DNA of 64,000 nucleotides from Gemmatimonadota bacterium (GTDB lineage: Bacteria; Gemmatimonadota; Gemmatimonadetes; Palauibacterales; Palauibacteraceae). Both the position numbers and the translations under genes were made by a program. Of the stretch, positions 20,677 through 29,713 are shown in pieces (the first letter of the stretch is position 1; every line of letters begins with the position of its first letter). Location: positions 2,848,001 through 2,912,000 of the forward strand of contig OZ220691.1 of assembly GCA_965116475.1 (NCBI GenBank), read 5' to 3'. The notes beneath the pieces were generated by a model that ran no database searches, was not told where the DNA came from, and saw only the letters and a program-made list of their open reading frames with translations.

Positions 20677-22455
20677 ATGCCCAATGCCCTGCTGCTCTAC
20701 CCCAGGCACCCGCCGACATACTGGGGCCACGACTACGCTCTGGATCTCATGGACATCAGGGCGGCCTTTCCTCCTCTCGGCCTGCTCACCGTCGCCGCGA
20801 TGTTTCCGTCGCGGTACAACCTGCGCGTCGTCGACCTGAACGTGACGTCGCTGGGAGGGGCCGACCTGGAGTGGGCGGATCTGGCCCTCACGTCGAGCAT
20901 GATCCCGCAACGCCCCTCGCTGGAGCAGGTCGTGGAGCGCTGCAACCGCGCGCAGGTACCCGTCATCGCCGGCGGTCCGCACCCCACCACCTTTCATGAG
21001 GAGATGGAGGGGGTCGATCACTTTGTGCTCGATGAGGTCGAGGAGACCTTTCCCATCTTCCTTCGCGACCTGGAGAACGGTGCCGCAAAGGCCGTCTATC
21101 GCGCCCCGAGGCGACCCGATGTGACCCTCGCGCCGCTTCCCCGTTTCGACCTCATCGACCTGAACGACTACTACTCGATGTGTCTCCAGTTCTCGCGGGG
21201 TTGCCCCTTCGATTGCGAGTTCTGCGACATCACGAAGCTGTACGGCCGCGTGTCCCGAACGAAATCACCGGAACAGATGGTGGCCGAGTTTGATCTTCTG
21301 TATCGACTGGGATGGCGGGGCCCCCTCTTTCTCGTCGACGACAACTTCATCGGCAACAAGCGCGAGGTCTCAAGGCTCCTCCCCGCGATCGCCGAATGGC
21401 AGAAGGAGCGCGACCACCCCTTTGCCCTGTTCACGGAAGCGAGCGTCAATCTCGTCCGGATGGACGACTTGATGGATGTCATGATCGAGGCCGGTTTCGA
21501 TTCGGTCTTCCTGGGCATTGAGACGCCCAACCCGAAGGCGCTCAAGAAGATGAAGAAACCACAGAACATCGACACACGCGATGACGACTACCTGTTCAAG
21601 GCGGTGCGCAAGATTCAGGGGAAGGGGATGCAGGTTCTGGGCGGCTTCATCCTCGGACTCGACGATGACGATGACAACGCGTTCGATGCCCAGATCGATT
21701 TCATTCAGGAAGCCGGGATTCCGATGGCGCTGATCGGGCTTCTGACCGCGCTCAAGGGAACAAATCTCTGGACCCGGCTGGAGCGCGAGAATCGATTGTT
21801 GGACAAACCCGTCGAGATCGACGACACGTCCTTGAATTTCAAGCCGCAAATGGATCCCGAGGCGCTGGTGGAAGGGTATCTTCGGGTCATCGGGACCATC
21901 TACGATTCAACGCTGGAGAACTACTTCGACCGCTGCCTTACTCTGCTGGACCACCTCAAGCCCGTACCGCACCTCCACAAGCCGGTGAACAAGCACGTCC
22001 TCTATGCGAGCATCATGGGAATCCGGCGGCGCCTCACGCCTGAACAACTCCGGCCGTTTTCGCGCTACATCGCCAAAGCCTCTGCGGACCATCCTCGGCT
22101 CCTGCCGCTGGCCATCAGTCTGGCCGCCACGGGCCATCACTGCGAGAAGTTCACGCGCCAGCAGACCGTGCTCCGAGGCTTCAAGGACTACCTGAAGCTG
22201 GAGTCGGCAGCGTTCCATGAAGGCGGCTGGGATTCCGGTTCGGCTTCGGGTTCGGGGGACGATTTCAGACGGAAGGCCATGCAGCGCGCCGCGCGGCGCC
22301 GGGACGCCATCCCCGGCGAATTCCGGTTTGTGGGAGACGGTGTCCGCGAGGCGCTGGCCGCCTTCGAGCTTGCGATGACTTCGGAGCCGCGACCCGCCGG
22401 GCCGTCAGAAGCGACGCTGCCGGTCCTGGGGGCCACGACGCGCTCCCACGGATGA
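20677..22455 (+). CDS. swfC: Cobalamin-dependent (class B) radical SAM protein, HpnP/DUF4070-like, SwfC-like
   Basis: PPLGLLTVAAM and GGPHPT B12-binding region; QFSRGCPFDCEFC CxxxCxxC; FLVDDNFIG; FTEASVNL. Confidence 0.85.
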   Translation: MPNALLLYPRHPPTYWGHDYALDLMDIRAAFPPLGLLTVAAMFPSRYNLRVVDLNVTSLGGADLEWADLALTSSMIPQRPSLEQVVERCNRAQVPVIAGGPHPTTFHEEMEGVDHFVLDEVEETFPIFLRDLENGAAKAVYRAPRRPDVTLAPLPRFDLIDLNDYYSMCLQFSRGCPFDCEFCDITKLYGRVSRTKSPEQMVAEFDLLYRLGWRGPLFLVDDNFIGNKREVSRLLPAIAEWQKERDHPFALFTEASVNLVRMDDLMDVMIEAGFDSVFLGIETPNPKALKKMKKPQNIDTRDDDYLFKAVRKIQGKGMQVLGGFILGLDDDDDNAFDAQIDFIQEAGIPMALIGLLTALKGTNLWTRLERENRLLDKPVEIDDTSLNFKPQMDPEALVEGYLRVIGTIYDSTLENYFDRCLTLLDHLKPVPHLHKPVNKHVLYASIMGIRRRLTPEQLRPFSRYIAKASADHPRLLPLAISLAATGHHCEKFTRQQTVLRGFKDYLKLESAAFHEGGWDSGSASGSGDDFRRKAMQRAARRRDAIPGEFRFVGDGVREALAAFELAMTSEPRPAGPSEATLPVLGATTRSHG

Positions 22456-22642
22456 CCTTTACCCGGCAGTGCGTGGCGAAGGCTCTGCTGCGTTCGGGCG
22501 CGCTCGACGGACGTTTGCTGGCTGGCGGACGGCTCGCTAACGTGGCCGCGACCACTCCGGAAGCGCTCGAAGCAATCTCAAGACAGCAACAGGCCGGCGT
22601 CCCGGCGTTCGCGCTCGGGGGCGCCCGCCGAGCGGGGGCCAT

Positions 22643-25600
22643 GTGACTTCCATCGCAGGTACATCCAGCGATCCCATTGCCATCGTCGGCTACGCTTACC
22701 GGATGCCCGGCGGCATCCGCACGGACGAGGATTTCTGGCGGCTCCTGAGCGAACGCGAGGTTGTCCAGGAATCCGTCACGGAGCGCTACGGCCGGGGCTA
22801 CCAGCCGATCGGCCGGTTCTCGGGCCCGGGCCGTTTCGGCAGTCCTTACGAAGGGCTGCTCCGGGACGAACTGGAGCAGCGGATGGATCCGGGCCTGTTC
22901 GGGGTCTCCCACCACGAAATGGCCTATATGGATCCGCAGATCCGAATGCTGCTGGGCTGCGCGTGGGAGAGCTGCGAACACGCCGGCTGGAGCCTGAACG
23001 CCCTCCGCAACAGTCGCACGGGCGTCTTCATCGGAGCCCAGGTCGCCTCCACCGCGAACTGGCGTGCCCTGTTCGGGACCAACGAGTTCTCCATCCTGAG
23101 CATCGACGCGTCGATGCTGGCGAACCGGATCTCCTACCATCTCAACCTCATGGGGCCGTCGATCGCGACCTCCACCGCCTGCTCGGCGTCGCTGACCGCG
23201 CTTCACACGGCGGTGAACGCGATGCGCCAGGGCGATTGCGAGCAGGCCCTGGTGGGCGCCGCCACCTACCTGGGGTCCGCCCGCTGCAGCGCCTCCTTCA
23301 ACGCGCTCGGCGTCATCAGCCCCGATGGCCGGTGTCATTCCTTCGACGCCGACGCCAACGGGTACATGCGGTCCGAAGGCGCGTTCGTGTTCGCCGTCAA
23401 GCCGCTCGAAGCGGCCGAGCGGGACGGAGACCACATCTTCGCGGCGATCGAAGCCACGGCGGTCAACACGGCCGGGACCGCCGATGACGCCGCCGGACTC
23501 GCCCAGGGGCGCTACATCACGGCGCCGACGCGCCACTCGCAGGTCGAACTCATGCGCGAGGCCTGCGGACGCGCGGGACTGCGGCCGGAGGACTTCGATT
23601 ACGTGGAGGCGCACGCGACCGGCACGGTCGTAGGCGACCGCATCGAAGGGAACGCCATTGCCGAGGCGTTCGGCGGCGTCGAGCGCGACGTGCCGCTCCG
23701 CGTGGCCAGTGTGAAGAGCAACGTGGGACACCTCGAGGCGGCGGCGTTCAGCTGTGCGCTGCTGAAGGTCATCCTCATGATGCGGCGCCGGACGTTCGCC
23801 CCCATCTCGAAGAACTACCTGGTTCCGAATCCGGAGATCGATTTCGACCGCGGCCCCATCGAGGTGCAGACTGCCTGCGAGCCGTTCCCCGACCGCCCCG
23901 TCGTGGTCGGGATCAACTCCTTCGGGTTCGGCGGCGCGAACGGACACTGCATTGTGCGGGAGTACCGGCCGGACCCATCCAGAACGTGGTCGGTGTCGCT
24001 GGCGTCCGACGCCGGCTACATGATCCCTCTTTCGGCGCGGACGCCGAAGGCTCTGGAGGAAAGCGCGCGAAGCCTGCGGGAGTTCCTCGGCGGACAGGAG
24101 ACCGACCTCTACACGCTGGCCGGAAACCTGGGCCGGCGCCGCGCACAATTTCCCGTGCGCACGGCGTTCGCCGTCCGCAGCCCCTCGACGCTGGTCGAGG
24201 CACTGGACGCCTTCGTGGAAGACCCCTCCCCGGTCTCCACGGTGGAAGCGGGCGAGCGCCAGGTGGCCATGGTGTTCTCGGGGCAGGGCACCCAGTGGGC
24301 GGGGTGCGGGCGCGATCTCTACGACGCGGACCCCGTCTTCCGGCGGGTCGTTGACGCCATCGAGGAGGAGTGGCGGAAGCACTCGGATGTGTCGCTGCGC
24401 GACGCCTGTTTCTCGGCGAGCCAGAAGGACTTGAACGAGGTTCAGCTCGCCCAGCCGGTCATCTTCATGATCCAGTGTGCTTTGGTGGAGGTGCTGGCGA
24501 CATGGGGTGTCCATCCGGAGTGCGTCGTCGGACACAGTTCGGGCGAGGTTGCCGCGGCGTACGCGAGCGGGGCCCTTTCCCTCGCCGAGGCGACGCGGCT
24601 CGTCTACCACCGGGCGACGCTGCAGCAGCGGGTGGCCGGCTCCGGCCGGATGCTGGCGATCGGCCTCGACCGGCCGGCCGTAGAGAACCTGCTAGACAAC
24701 CACCGGCCCGCCGAAGTGGAGATCGCCTGCGAGAACTCGCCCGCCAACACCGTCATCTGCGGGAAGGAAGCCGCGCTGCGGCCCGTGATGGCCGAACTCG
24801 ACCGGCGCGGCCTGCAGAACCGGCTGATCCCCGGGAACATCGCGTTCCATTCCACCGCCATGGATCCGCTGCGGGATGACGCACTGGCGGTGCTCGCCTT
24901 CCTGGACGGAGGCGACTTCAACGGCGATGTGCCCATGGTGTCCTCCGTCACGGGGGAGACGGTGGAGCGTCTGGATAACGCCTACTGGTGGTCCAACATC
25001 CGGAACCCTGTCCTCTTCGGAGCCGCAATGGAGACCGTGAGGCGGGAATTCCGGCCCGACGTGGTCCTGGAGGTCGCTCCGCACGGCGCGCTGCAGCCCC
25101 TGATCCGGCAGTGTCTGGAGGCGGCCGGGCCGGCTGCCGTCTGTCTCCCCACGCTGATGAAGGACGCGGACGGGTGCCTGGGCTTTCAGGAAGCTCTGGG
25201 GAACCTCTACCGGGCCGGCGTCGCGCTGGATTTCGCTTCCCAGTATCCGCGTCCGGAACCGATCGCTCATCTCCTTCCCGGCCATCCCAGGGAAGAGACC
25301 ACGACCAGTGACGACCTGGTCGACGACGAGATGTTCGTCCAGCGAGGCGAGTACTCCCACGGCCCGTTCGTCGGACACCGGGTGGCCTGCGATCACATCC
25401 TGTTCGAGGCGCGGCTCTCCGAGAGGGACTTCCCCTGGTTGACCGACCACCGCGTCCACCGGGCCCCGATCATTCCGGCCGCCGGATACATCGAACTCCT
25501 GCTGCAGGCGTTCTCCGGGGATCCCATCAACATCGAGGAGATCGAGTTCCTGCAGCATACGCCGGTGAACGCGACGCCGGTGCGCCTGCAGACCGCCCTG

Positions 25601-28600
25601 TTTCCCGTGCCCGACGCTCCCGGCCAGTTCACGTTCACCATCTCCACTCGATCCTTCGAGGATGATGAGGCGGGAACGCTGCACTGTCGCGGACGGGTGC
25701 GGCGCGTGGATGAGGACGTTGCCGTCGACGCGTTCCCGACGCTGGACGATGTCCTCGCTTCCGACTTCGATCCCTCGCCCCTCGCGACCGGAGAGGAGTT
25801 CTACGACCAGATTGAAGCGGTCGTAGGAGATGCGTTCGAGTTCGGCCCGGAGTTCCGCAGCGTCCAGCGCATCGAGATCGACGCGGGTTCGACGGACATG
25901 CTGTTCGAAATCGAGGTCGACGAGGAGCTGTGGGCGTCCGGCCGCGAGGAGGGATACCTCCTCTATCCCCCGCTCACGGACGGCGGACTGCAGATCTTCC
26001 TGCGCTACCTGATGCGCCTGCCGGACTTCTTCTCCATGCCGCAGCGTGCGTGCGACATCACGTTCGTGCGTCCCCCGACGGGGCCGCGCATCACCTGTTT
26101 TCTCGTCGATACGGGCGACTGGTTCGACGTGGACGAACGGGGCCAGTACAACAAGCCTCTCGGCGAACTGTACATCGGGCGGCTCAGCCTCTACGACACC
26201 GATACGGGGCAACTGCTCGCCCACATCGGAGAGTATCACTCCTTCAACAGCAATCCGCGCTGGAGCGACGTCCCGGACAGCAAGCACGTCATCCGCTGGC
26301 AACCGAAGTTCGTGCCCGCGTCGCCCCGGATCGAAGACGCGATCCGGGATGGGGATGTAGATCCCGCCGCCCTCATCGCCGCCCTCGAACAGGGTGCGGC
26401 AGGCCACCCGTACGCCTGCCACGTCGTCGAGATCGCCGGCCGCCGGGACGCGGAACGGACCATGCTCAACCGATGCCTGGAGCATCTCTCCGGACCCGAT
26501 GCGCAGAGCGAGTTCTGGCTGCTCGGGGACGACGAAGAGTCCACGCGCGCACTCTACGAAGCCTTCAATCACCGCGATGCCCCGATTCGCTTCGCCTCAC
26601 TGGAAGCCACGGCGGCAGCCACGGCGGAGGGCGCCTCCGAGACGGATATGGCGACGGGTCTGCTACGGCCCGCCGCAGCCGAAATCGTCATCGTACATCG
26701 TGACGCGGACGAGGACGGAGCGACCGCGGATCGCTGGGGTGCGGCGTGGTCGATGCTCGCGCGGCTGGCCGTACCCGGGGGGCTCGCACTCGTCTCGCAT
26801 GACGAGAACGACGTCGTCGAGCCGGGGGACGGCTGGAGCACGCTTCACGCCGGCCCCCGCACGACGCTCCTGCAGGCTGCGCAGGAGGGTCCCGCGCCGG
26901 CCGGCGCAACCACCGCGTCGGCCGCCGGCCCCCGCTGGGTGATCGGCGAACCCGGCAGCCCGGCCACGGAGTGGGTCGCGCAACTCGAGTCGGCCCAGGC
27001 GTATCTCGTCCCCTGGAGCGCCATCGAAGGCGGCGATTTCGCATCGCTGGAAGAGTGGCCGTGGGGCGAGGACCTCGAGGCGATCGATTTCTTCCTCGGG
27101 ACAGCCCCGGATGATCCGACCGGCGAACGGGCGGTGTGGCGCCTCGTCGCCTTCCTTCAGGCCCTCACGCCCCTCCGGCTGGAGAGCGCGACACGGCGTT
27201 GTCGCCTGAACGTCGTCACGCAGGGCGCCGTGTGCGGCGTGGAGGAGCCGCGGGGAAGCGCCCTGTGGGGCGCCGCACGGAGCCTGGCGCTCGAGCTTCT
27301 CGCCGAGGACACGAAGATCGACTTCCGTCTCGTGGACCTGGGCGCGCCCGGCGATCTCGAGGCAGTGGCCCGACTCGACGCGTGCGACCCTCGCGAGCGG
27401 GAGCTGGCTGTCAGGGACGGACGCCTGTGGGTGCCGCGCGTCGTGAGCGTTCGGGATCGCTGGCCGCTCGTGCCCGAGGGCGCGGATCCCCCCTATCGGC
27501 TTCGGCTCGACAACCCGGGCCAGGTGAGCGGTCTGCAGGTGGCGACAACGACGTTGCCCCGGCTCGGACCCTCCGACGTCGAGATCGAGATGGCCGCGGC
27601 GGCGCTGAACTTTCGAGATGTCATGGTGACGCTGGGGCTCCTTCCCGCGCTGGCCTACGAGCGCTCGGCGCTGGGCCGCGAGGTCGGCATCGAGGGAAGC
27701 GGCATCGTCCGCCGCGCCGGACCGGACGTGAAGCGTCTGAGCCCCGGGGACGAGGTGGCCGTTACGACGGGCGGCTGCATCGCCAACCGAATCGTCGTGA
27801 ACGAGCACCTGGCCTTCCTCAAGCCGCCCGAGCTGAGCATGGAGGAGGCCGCGGCGTCGCTCTCCGTGACCGTGACCGCGTACTATGCGCTCATCCACCT
27901 GGCGCGGCTGAAGGAGGGGCAGCGGGTCCTCATCCACTCCGCAATGGGCGGCGTCGGACAGGCGGCGATCGCGTTGGCGCACCATGTCGGGGCGGAGGTC
28001 TACGCGACCGCCGGCAACCGGAGCAAGCGCGAACGGTTGCTCGAGATGGGCGTGCGCGGGGCGTTCGATTCGCACAGCCACGACTGGTACGACGACCTGA
28101 TGGAGGCGACCGGGGGCGAGGGCGTGGATGTCGTGCTGAATTCGCTCGCGGGCTACCACATCGCCCTCTGCCTCAAGGCCCTGAGGCCTTCCGGGTGGCA
28201 CTGCGAGATCGGGAAGGTCGACATCTTCACGGACAACTCGCTCGGCATGCGGGTCTTCCGCAAGAACCTCCGCTTCGCCGCGATCGACGTCGACCGGCTG
28301 ATGCTCGACGATCCGGTGCTGTCGCACACGCTCTCGCAGGCCTGTCTGGACCTCATGAACGAGGGCGCGGTGCCTCCACCCAGGCTCACCGCCTACGAAT
28401 ACCGCGACTACGCGAGGGCGCTCCGACTGATGACGACGGGCCGGCACCAGGGGAAACTGGTCCTGAAGGCGCCGTCCGACCCTGCGGATCGCGGGTTCGC
28501 GATCGCGGACACGCGCCCCTTCCTCGACCCCGAGGCCACCTATCTGGTCACGGGTGGGCTGGGCGGCTTCGGACTGCGCCTGGTGCCCTACCTGATCGCG

Positions 28601-29713
28601 GCGGGGGCCCGGCACGTCACGCTGATGGACCGCGACCCGGAGCGTCGACGGAGCGCGGAGTGGCTCCGGCAGACGACCACGCTGTCGAAGATGCCGGGCG
28701 ATTACGAGATCGAGATCGTCTCGGGCGACGTGCGCGAGGCGGAGGACGTGCGCCGCTGCGTCGCCGGGCTGCAGCGGCCGCTCAAGGGCGTGTTCCATCT
28801 CGCCGGAACGCTGGAGGACCGCTCGTTCCTCGACACCTCCGCCGATTCCCTGGAGAACGTGTTCGCGCCCAAGGCGCGCGGCGCTCTGAACCTGCACGAG
28901 GCCACGGCCGGCTGCGCCCTCGACTACTTCGTCCTCTTCTCGTCCATCGCTTCGACGTTCGGGAACGTGGGGCAGGTCAACTACAGCAGCGCGAGCGCCT
29001 TTCTGGACGGGCTGGCGGCCTGGCGCCGCCGACAGGGGCTGCCGGGGTTTTCGTACAACCTCGGCCCCGTCACGGAGGTCGGGATGGCGGCACGCAGCCT
29101 CCACGTCATGCGGATGATGCGCGCGGCGGGAATGACGACCGTGAGCGCGAACTTCGCGATCGCCAACCTCGATTACGCCCTGCGCGCGATGGCGCCCGGC
29201 ACGACGGAGCATGGCACGACCGGGCATGACCACCTGGTCACCGCGCTGTTCTCGAACCCGGCGTGGACCGTCGATTCCCCGGACTACATGCGCAACGGGC
29301 GGTTGCTCAACAATCAGGCGGCGTTCGAGGTGAACGTGCGCGGCGAACTGACCCTGGAGAGCGTCGTCGCGCAGATCTCCGCCAAGGTGGCCGAACTCTG
29401 CGGGCACGAAGAGGGCGATGTCGAGGAGCCGCTGTCGAGCTTCGGCCTTACGTCGATTTCAGTCGCTGAACTCGGCGCCTTCATCCAGGCGCAGTTCAAC
29501 CGGCAGGTGAGCGCCCTCGAGCTGATGACGACCGCCTCCGCCCAGTCGCTGGCGGAGATGATCGTGCATGGAGCCGAATCGGATGCCGAGGGTGAGACCG
29601 TGGCCGAGACCGATGGGTCGGCGGATGTCTCACCGCAACGCGTACACCAGGTACACAGGCGGCGTTCGCCCTTTGCGAACAGGTTGGAGGACCACTTCCC
29701 GATCCAGTCATGA
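22643..29713 (+). CDS. swfA: Mono-modular highly reducing type I PKS/FAS: KS-AT-DH-pseudoMT-ER-KR-ACP (SwfA-like)
   Basis: KS TACSAS, EAHATGT, VGHLEAAA; AT GHSSG and AFHS; DH HRVHRAPIIP and LTDGGLQ; ER LIHSAMGGVG; KR VTGGLGGFG and GQVNY; ACP FGLTSIS. Confidence 0.92.
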   Translation: MTSIAGTSSDPIAIVGYAYRMPGGIRTDEDFWRLLSEREVVQESVTERYGRGYQPIGRFSGPGRFGSPYEGLLRDELEQRMDPGLFGVSHHEMAYMDPQIRMLLGCAWESCEHAGWSLNALRNSRTGVFIGAQVASTANWRALFGTNEFSILSIDASMLANRISYHLNLMGPSIATSTACSASLTALHTAVNAMRQGDCEQALVGAATYLGSARCSASFNALGVISPDGRCHSFDADANGYMRSEGAFVFAVKPLEAAERDGDHIFAAIEATAVNTAGTADDAAGLAQGRYITAPTRHSQVELMREACGRAGLRPEDFDYVEAHATGTVVGDRIEGNAIAEAFGGVERDVPLRVASVKSNVGHLEAAAFSCALLKVILMMRRRTFAPISKNYLVPNPEIDFDRGPIEVQTACEPFPDRPVVVGINSFGFGGANGHCIVREYRPDPSRTWSVSLASDAGYMIPLSARTPKALEESARSLREFLGGQETDLYTLAGNLGRRRAQFPVRTAFAVRSPSTLVEALDAFVEDPSPVSTVEAGERQVAMVFSGQGTQWAGCGRDLYDADPVFRRVVDAIEEEWRKHSDVSLRDACFSASQKDLNEVQLAQPVIFMIQCALVEVLATWGVHPECVVGHSSGEVAAAYASGALSLAEATRLVYHRATLQQRVAGSGRMLAIGLDRPAVENLLDNHRPAEVEIACENSPANTVICGKEAALRPVMAELDRRGLQNRLIPGNIAFHSTAMDPLRDDALAVLAFLDGGDFNGDVPMVSSVTGETVERLDNAYWWSNIRNPVLFGAAMETVRREFRPDVVLEVAPHGALQPLIRQCLEAAGPAAVCLPTLMKDADGCLGFQEALGNLYRAGVALDFASQYPRPEPIAHLLPGHPREETTTSDDLVDDEMFVQRGEYSHGPFVGHRVACDHILFEARLSERDFPWLTDHRVHRAPIIPAAGYIELLLQAFSGDPINIEEIEFLQHTPVNATPVRLQTALFPVPDAPGQFTFTISTRSFEDDEAGTLHCRGRVRRVDEDVAVDAFPTLDDVLASDFDPSPLATGEEFYDQIEAVVGDAFEFGPEFRSVQRIEIDAGSTDMLFEIEVDEELWASGREEGYLLYPPLTDGGLQIFLRYLMRLPDFFSMPQRACDITFVRPPTGPRITCFLVDTGDWFDVDERGQYNKPLGELYIGRLSLYDTDTGQLLAHIGEYHSFNSNPRWSDVPDSKHVIRWQPKFVPASPRIEDAIRDGDVDPAALIAALEQGAAGHPYACHVVEIAGRRDAERTMLNRCLEHLSGPDAQSEFWLLGDDEESTRALYEAFNHRDAPIRFASLEATAAATAEGASETDMATGLLRPAAAEIVIVHRDADEDGATADRWGAAWSMLARLAVPGGLALVSHDENDVVEPGDGWSTLHAGPRTTLLQAAQEGPAPAGATTASAAGPRWVIGEPGSPATEWVAQLESAQAYLVPWSAIEGGDFASLEEWPWGEDLEAIDFFLGTAPDDPTGERAVWRLVAFLQALTPLRLESATRRCRLNVVTQGAVCGVEEPRGSALWGAARSLALELLAEDTKIDFRLVDLGAPGDLEAVARLDACDPRERELAVRDGRLWVPRVVSVRDRWPLVPEGADPPYRLRLDNPGQVSGLQVATTTLPRLGPSDVEIEMAAAALNFRDVMVTLGLLPALAYERSALGREVGIEGSGIVRRAGPDVKRLSPGDEVAVTTGGCIANRIVVNEHLAFLKPPELSMEEAAASLSVTVTAYYALIHLARLKEGQRVLIHSAMGGVGQAAIALAHHVGAEVYATAGNRSKRERLLEMGVRGAFDSHSHDWYDDLMEATGGEGVDVVLNSLAGYHIALCLKALRPSGWHCEIGKVDIFTDNSLGMRVFRKNLRFAAIDVDRLMLDDPVLSHTLSQACLDLMNEGAVPPPRLTAYEYRDYARALRLMTTGRHQGKLVLKAPSDPADRGFAIADTRPFLDPEATYLVTGGLGGFGLRLVPYLIAAGARHVTLMDRDPERRRSAEWLRQTTTLSKMPGDYEIEIVSGDVREAEDVRRCVAGLQRPLKGVFHLAGTLEDRSFLDTSADSLENVFAPKARGALNLHEATAGCALDYFVLFSSIASTFGNVGQVNYSSASAFLDGLAAWRRRQGLPGFSYNLGPVTEVGMAARSLHVMRMMRAAGMTTVSANFAIANLDYALRAMAPGTTEHGTTGHDHLVTALFSNPAWTVDSPDYMRNGRLLNNQAAFEVNVRGELTLESVVAQISAKVAELCGHEEGDVEEPLSSFGLTSISVAELGAFIQAQFNRQVSALELMTTASAQSLAEMIVHGAESDAEGETVAETDGSADVSPQRVHQVHRRRSPFANRLEDHFPIQS

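Noticed and set aside
20677..22455. Hopanoid C-2 methylase HpnP assignment
   Set aside because: Family resemblance only; no hopanoid genes nearby and the context is a PKS
22452..22646. 64-aa ORF bridging the radical SAM and PKS
   Set aside because: Overlaps both neighbours but has no recognisable features or clear RBS; cannot be supported
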